A stretch of DNA of 35,422 nucleotides from Chthoniobacteraceae bacterium (GTDB lineage Bacteria; Verrucomicrobiota; Verrucomicrobiia; Chthoniobacterales; Chthoniobacteraceae), in the NCBI GenBank assembly GCA_040081625.1, contig JBEBGD010000057.1, forward strand, positions 1 to 35,422, written 5' to 3'. Below the pieces are notes generated by a model. It worked only from the letters and a program-made list of their open reading frames with translations. It was not told the origin of the DNA and ran no database searches. This document shows, in pieces, positions 32,952-35,422 of the stretch. Made by a program: the position numbers and the translations under genes. How positions within the stretch are numbered: position 1 is the stretch's first letter; each line of letters begins with the position of its first letter.

Positions 32952-34403
32952 TCACGCGAGAATCGGCTTCACCACTTTTCCGTGCACGTCGGTGAGGCGG
33001 AACTGGCGGCCTTGGAAGCGGAAGGTGAAGCGCTCGTGATCGATGCCGAGAAGATGCAGCACCGTGGCTTGGAAGTCGTGGACGTGGACTTTGTTCTCGA
33101 TGGCGTTGAAACCGAACTCATCGCTCGCGCCGTAGCTGATGCCGGGCTTCACGCCCGCGCCCGCCATCCAAAGCGTGAACGCGTAGGGATGATGATCGCG
33201 GCCCCATTGCTTCGTGTCCTCGATCTTGCCCTGCAAAAACGGCGTGCGGCCAAACTCGCCGCCCCAGATCACAAGCGTGTCGTCGAGCAAGCCGCGCTCT
33301 TTCAAGTCCTGCACGAGCGCGGCGCTCGGTGCGTCCACGTCGGCGCACTGGATCTTGAGCTGCGTGTTGAGGTTGCGGTGCTGATCCCAGCCCGCGTGCA
33401 TGAGTTGCACGAACCGCACGCCGCGCTCGGCGAGCCGGCGGGCCATGAGGCAGTTGTAAGCGTAGCTGCCCTGCCGGCGCACGTCCGGCCCGTAGCGCGC
33501 GAGCACGTGCTCGGGCTCGGATGAAAAATCCGTCAGTTCCGGCACGCTCGCCTGCATCTTGTAGGCCATCTCGTATTGCGCGATGCGCGTCGCGATCTCC
33601 GGGTCGCCGAATTCGCGCAGCGTCATCTCGTTAAGCTTCCCGAGATCGTCGAGCAAGCCGCGCCGCACTTCGCGGCTCATGCCGTCGGGATTGCTGAGGT
33701 AGAGCACCGGGTCGCCGCTACCGCGGAACTTCACGCCCTGATACTTCGACGGCAGAAAGCCGCTGCCCCAATAGAAGTCGTAGAAGATCTGCCCGCACGA
33801 CGCCTCCTTGTCGCGCGAGGTCATCACCACAAACGACGGCAGTTCATTCGACTCGCTGCCGAGTCCGTAGCTCAGCCAAGCGCCCATGCTCGGCCGCCCG
33901 GCCTGCTCGCCGCCGGTCATGAAAAAAGTGATCGCCGGCGCGTGGTTCACCGCTTCCGTGTGCAGCGACTTGATGAAGCACACGTCGTCGCTGATCGACG
34001 CGATGCGCGGCAGAAAATCGCTCACCCACGCTCCGCTCGCGCCGTGCTGCGCGAAGTTCGAGATTTCGCCGAGCACCGGCCGCGCGGTCTGATTTCCCGT
34101 CATCGTGCTGAAGCGTTTTCCGCCCACGACTTCATCCGGAATCTGCTTCCCGTGCCACTCCTTGAGCTTCGGCTTGTAGTCGAAAAGATCGACGTGCGAC
34201 GGCGCGCCGTTCTGCAGCAGGTAGATCACGCGCTTCGCCTTCGGCGCAAAGTGCGGCAACCGCGGCGCCGCCGGATCAGCCGGCAGCGCAAACCCATCGC
34301 GCGTGAGCAGCGCGCCGAGCGCAGCGCCGCCAAGGCCCATCGCGGATTTCGCGAAGAGCGCGCGGCGGGTGAGCGTGGATTGGTGTTCGAGGAAAGGGCT
34401 CAT
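32952..34403 (-). CDS. DUF1501 family protein (Tat-exported)
   Basis: 'LTRRALF', 'PKAKRVIYLLQNGAPSHVDLFDYKP', 'RPSMGAWLSYGLG', 'CLMARRLAERGVRF', 'WDQH', 'GGEFGRTP', 'GRDHHP'. Confidence 0.93.
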   Translation of the reverse strand: MSPFLEHQSTLTRRALFAKSAMGLGGAALGALLTRDGFALPADPAAPRLPHFAPKAKRVIYLLQNGAPSHVDLFDYKPKLKEWHGKQIPDEVVGGKRFSTMTGNQTARPVLGEISNFAQHGASGAWVSDFLPRIASISDDVCFIKSLHTEAVNHAPAITFFMTGGEQAGRPSMGAWLSYGLGSESNELPSFVVMTSRDKEASCGQIFYDFYWGSGFLPSKYQGVKFRGSGDPVLYLSNPDGMSREVRRGLLDDLGKLNEMTLREFGDPEIATRIAQYEMAYKMQASVPELTDFSSEPEHVLARYGPDVRRQGSYAYNCLMARRLAERGVRFVQLMHAGWDQHRNLNTQLKIQCADVDAPSAALVQDLKERGLLDDTLVIWGGEFGRTPFLQGKIEDTKQWGRDHHPYAFTLWMAGAGVKPGISYGASDEFGFNAIENKVHVHDFQATVLHLLGIDHERFTFRFQGRQFRLTDVHGKVVKPILA

Positions 34404-34436
34404 TGAGCGACTTGGTTCGCCTGTTCTCGCATTCGA

Positions 34437-35422
34437 CTATCCCGCAACCAGCCTTTCCCTTGGCATCACAGCCAGTCCCAGATGCATGCCGATGCTCTTG
34501 TTGCCCCCTTCGAAGAAATTGAAGTTCGTGGGGATGTTGGAGCCCATGAAATAGAGATAGAGTTCCTCGCCGACCTCCACCACGCAGGGCGTGGAGACCA
34601 GCTTCCAATCCCACAGGCTGCGATTACGCGTGGCGGCAAACGCGGCTGTCTCGTGGTTGAGCCGCCAGTTGGTGCCGTCGTCCGACGTGTCGCAAAAAAT
34701 ATCGATGTATGCGATGTCGGGTTTGATCAGGTGGCCGATGTGCCACATGAAATAACTCGCCCCGACCTTGAGCACGCAGGGATACACACAGGACTTCGTG
34801 ATGCCGCCGGCTACGACCGCCGGCTTTTCCCGGCGGGTCCATGCGAGGCCGTCCAGCGACTCATACTCGAACACATGCCGATACCCCACGGCGAAGGAGT
34901 CGGTCGGCCTGGGCCGGGCGTTCATCCACATGCGGTAACGTCCGTTTTCCTTCCGCACGCACGGCCGGCGGCATTTTTCGATCAGCACCCGGTCGTGAAA
35001 TTTCCACGCAACGCCGTCCTTGCTCGTGGCATAGCCCAAGTCCTGATCCTCGATCACCTCCTTCTCGTTGCGCACGGACTTCGTCGTGGCGACGAACCAC
35101 ATTTTGTAAATCTGCTCCTCGTCATCAAACAGCACCCAAGGCGTGGACAGATTGCTCGCCTCGAACGGCAGTTGATTGGCGGCAAGGATTGGGTTCGCCG
35201 GGTGCAGTTTCCAAGCGATCCCATCGTCCGACTGCGCGTAGCCGAGGCGGCCCTGATTCAGCGCGGGCAGCACGTCGGTGCCTTCGAACCACATGTGGAA
35301 TCGACCCTGCGCGAAAATCACGCAGGGCGAATAAAACGAATGGTGAAACCACGGTTGCGCCGCCGGGCAGTTGTCGAGGAGCGCCCTCTCGCGTCGCGTC
35401 CACGGCTGGCTCTGCTTGATCG
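34437..35422 (-). CDS. Five-bladed beta-propeller glycoside hydrolase-like protein (GH43/GH130/GH117-like fold), 5' end outside the window
   Basis: The frame stays open past the track's GTG 35321 to the window end (IKQSQPWTRRERALLDNCPAAQPWFHHSFYSPCVIF...). Repeating blade pattern 'P.V....Y.MW....YA.S.DG..W' (GYAQSDDGIAW, GYATSKDGVAW, YESLDGLAW, DTSDDGTNW). Confidence 0.75.
   Translation of the reverse strand, partial: IKQSQPWTRRERALLDNCPAAQPWFHHSFYSPCVIFAQGRFHMWFEGTDVLPALNQGRLGYAQSDDGIAWKLHPANPILAANQLPFEASNLSTPWVLFDDEEQIYKMWFVATTKSVRNEKEVIEDQDLGYATSKDGVAWKFHDRVLIEKCRRPCVRKENGRYRMWMNARPRPTDSFAVGYRHVFEYESLDGLAWTRREKPAVVAGGITKSCVYPCVLKVGASYFMWHIGHLIKPDIAYIDIFCDTSDDGTNWRLNHETAAFAATRNRSLWDWKLVSTPCVVEVGEELYLYFMGSNIPTNFNFFEGGNKSIGMHLGLAVMPRERLVAG

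Overview
High-GC bacterial genomic DNA. The gene content (PSCyt/DUF1549/DUF1553, DUF1501, a PTPDL-like protein, a PVC-type heme protein) points to Verrucomicrobiota, probably Chthoniobacterales-like (inference). Bases 1-12.9 kb are mostly housekeeping: VTT/DedA, apt, an orphan hybrid histidine kinase, a CAP protein, pyrH-frr, a YfcE-like phosphoesterase, hisB-hisH, an M29 aminopeptidase, a heptose adenylyltransferase and purN. From 12.9 kb to the end is an accessory block of exported, carbohydrate-oriented genes. Its centre is a tightly coupled 7-gene operon (17732-28707): a Tat-exported polysaccharide pyruvyl transferase-family protein, two large multi-propeller Asp-box 'sialidase-like' proteins lacking the canonical FRIP motif, a BASS Na+ symporter, an APH-like kinase, an HpcH/HpaI pyruvate aldolase and a secreted NTF2/DUF4440 protein. 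This is a candidate uncharacterised pathway for degrading pyruvylated or 2-keto-3-deoxy-acid-containing glycans. Two gene relics are split across frames in the ORF track: a frameshifted, truncated priming glycosyltransferase 5' end (15718-16145) and a ~360-bp deletion scar fusing the start of a PSCyt/DUF1553 gene to the end of a DUF1501 gene (28711-29067). No rRNA, tRNA, CRISPR array, transposase or integrase was recognised. All family assignments come from motif recognition by eye, not database searches.
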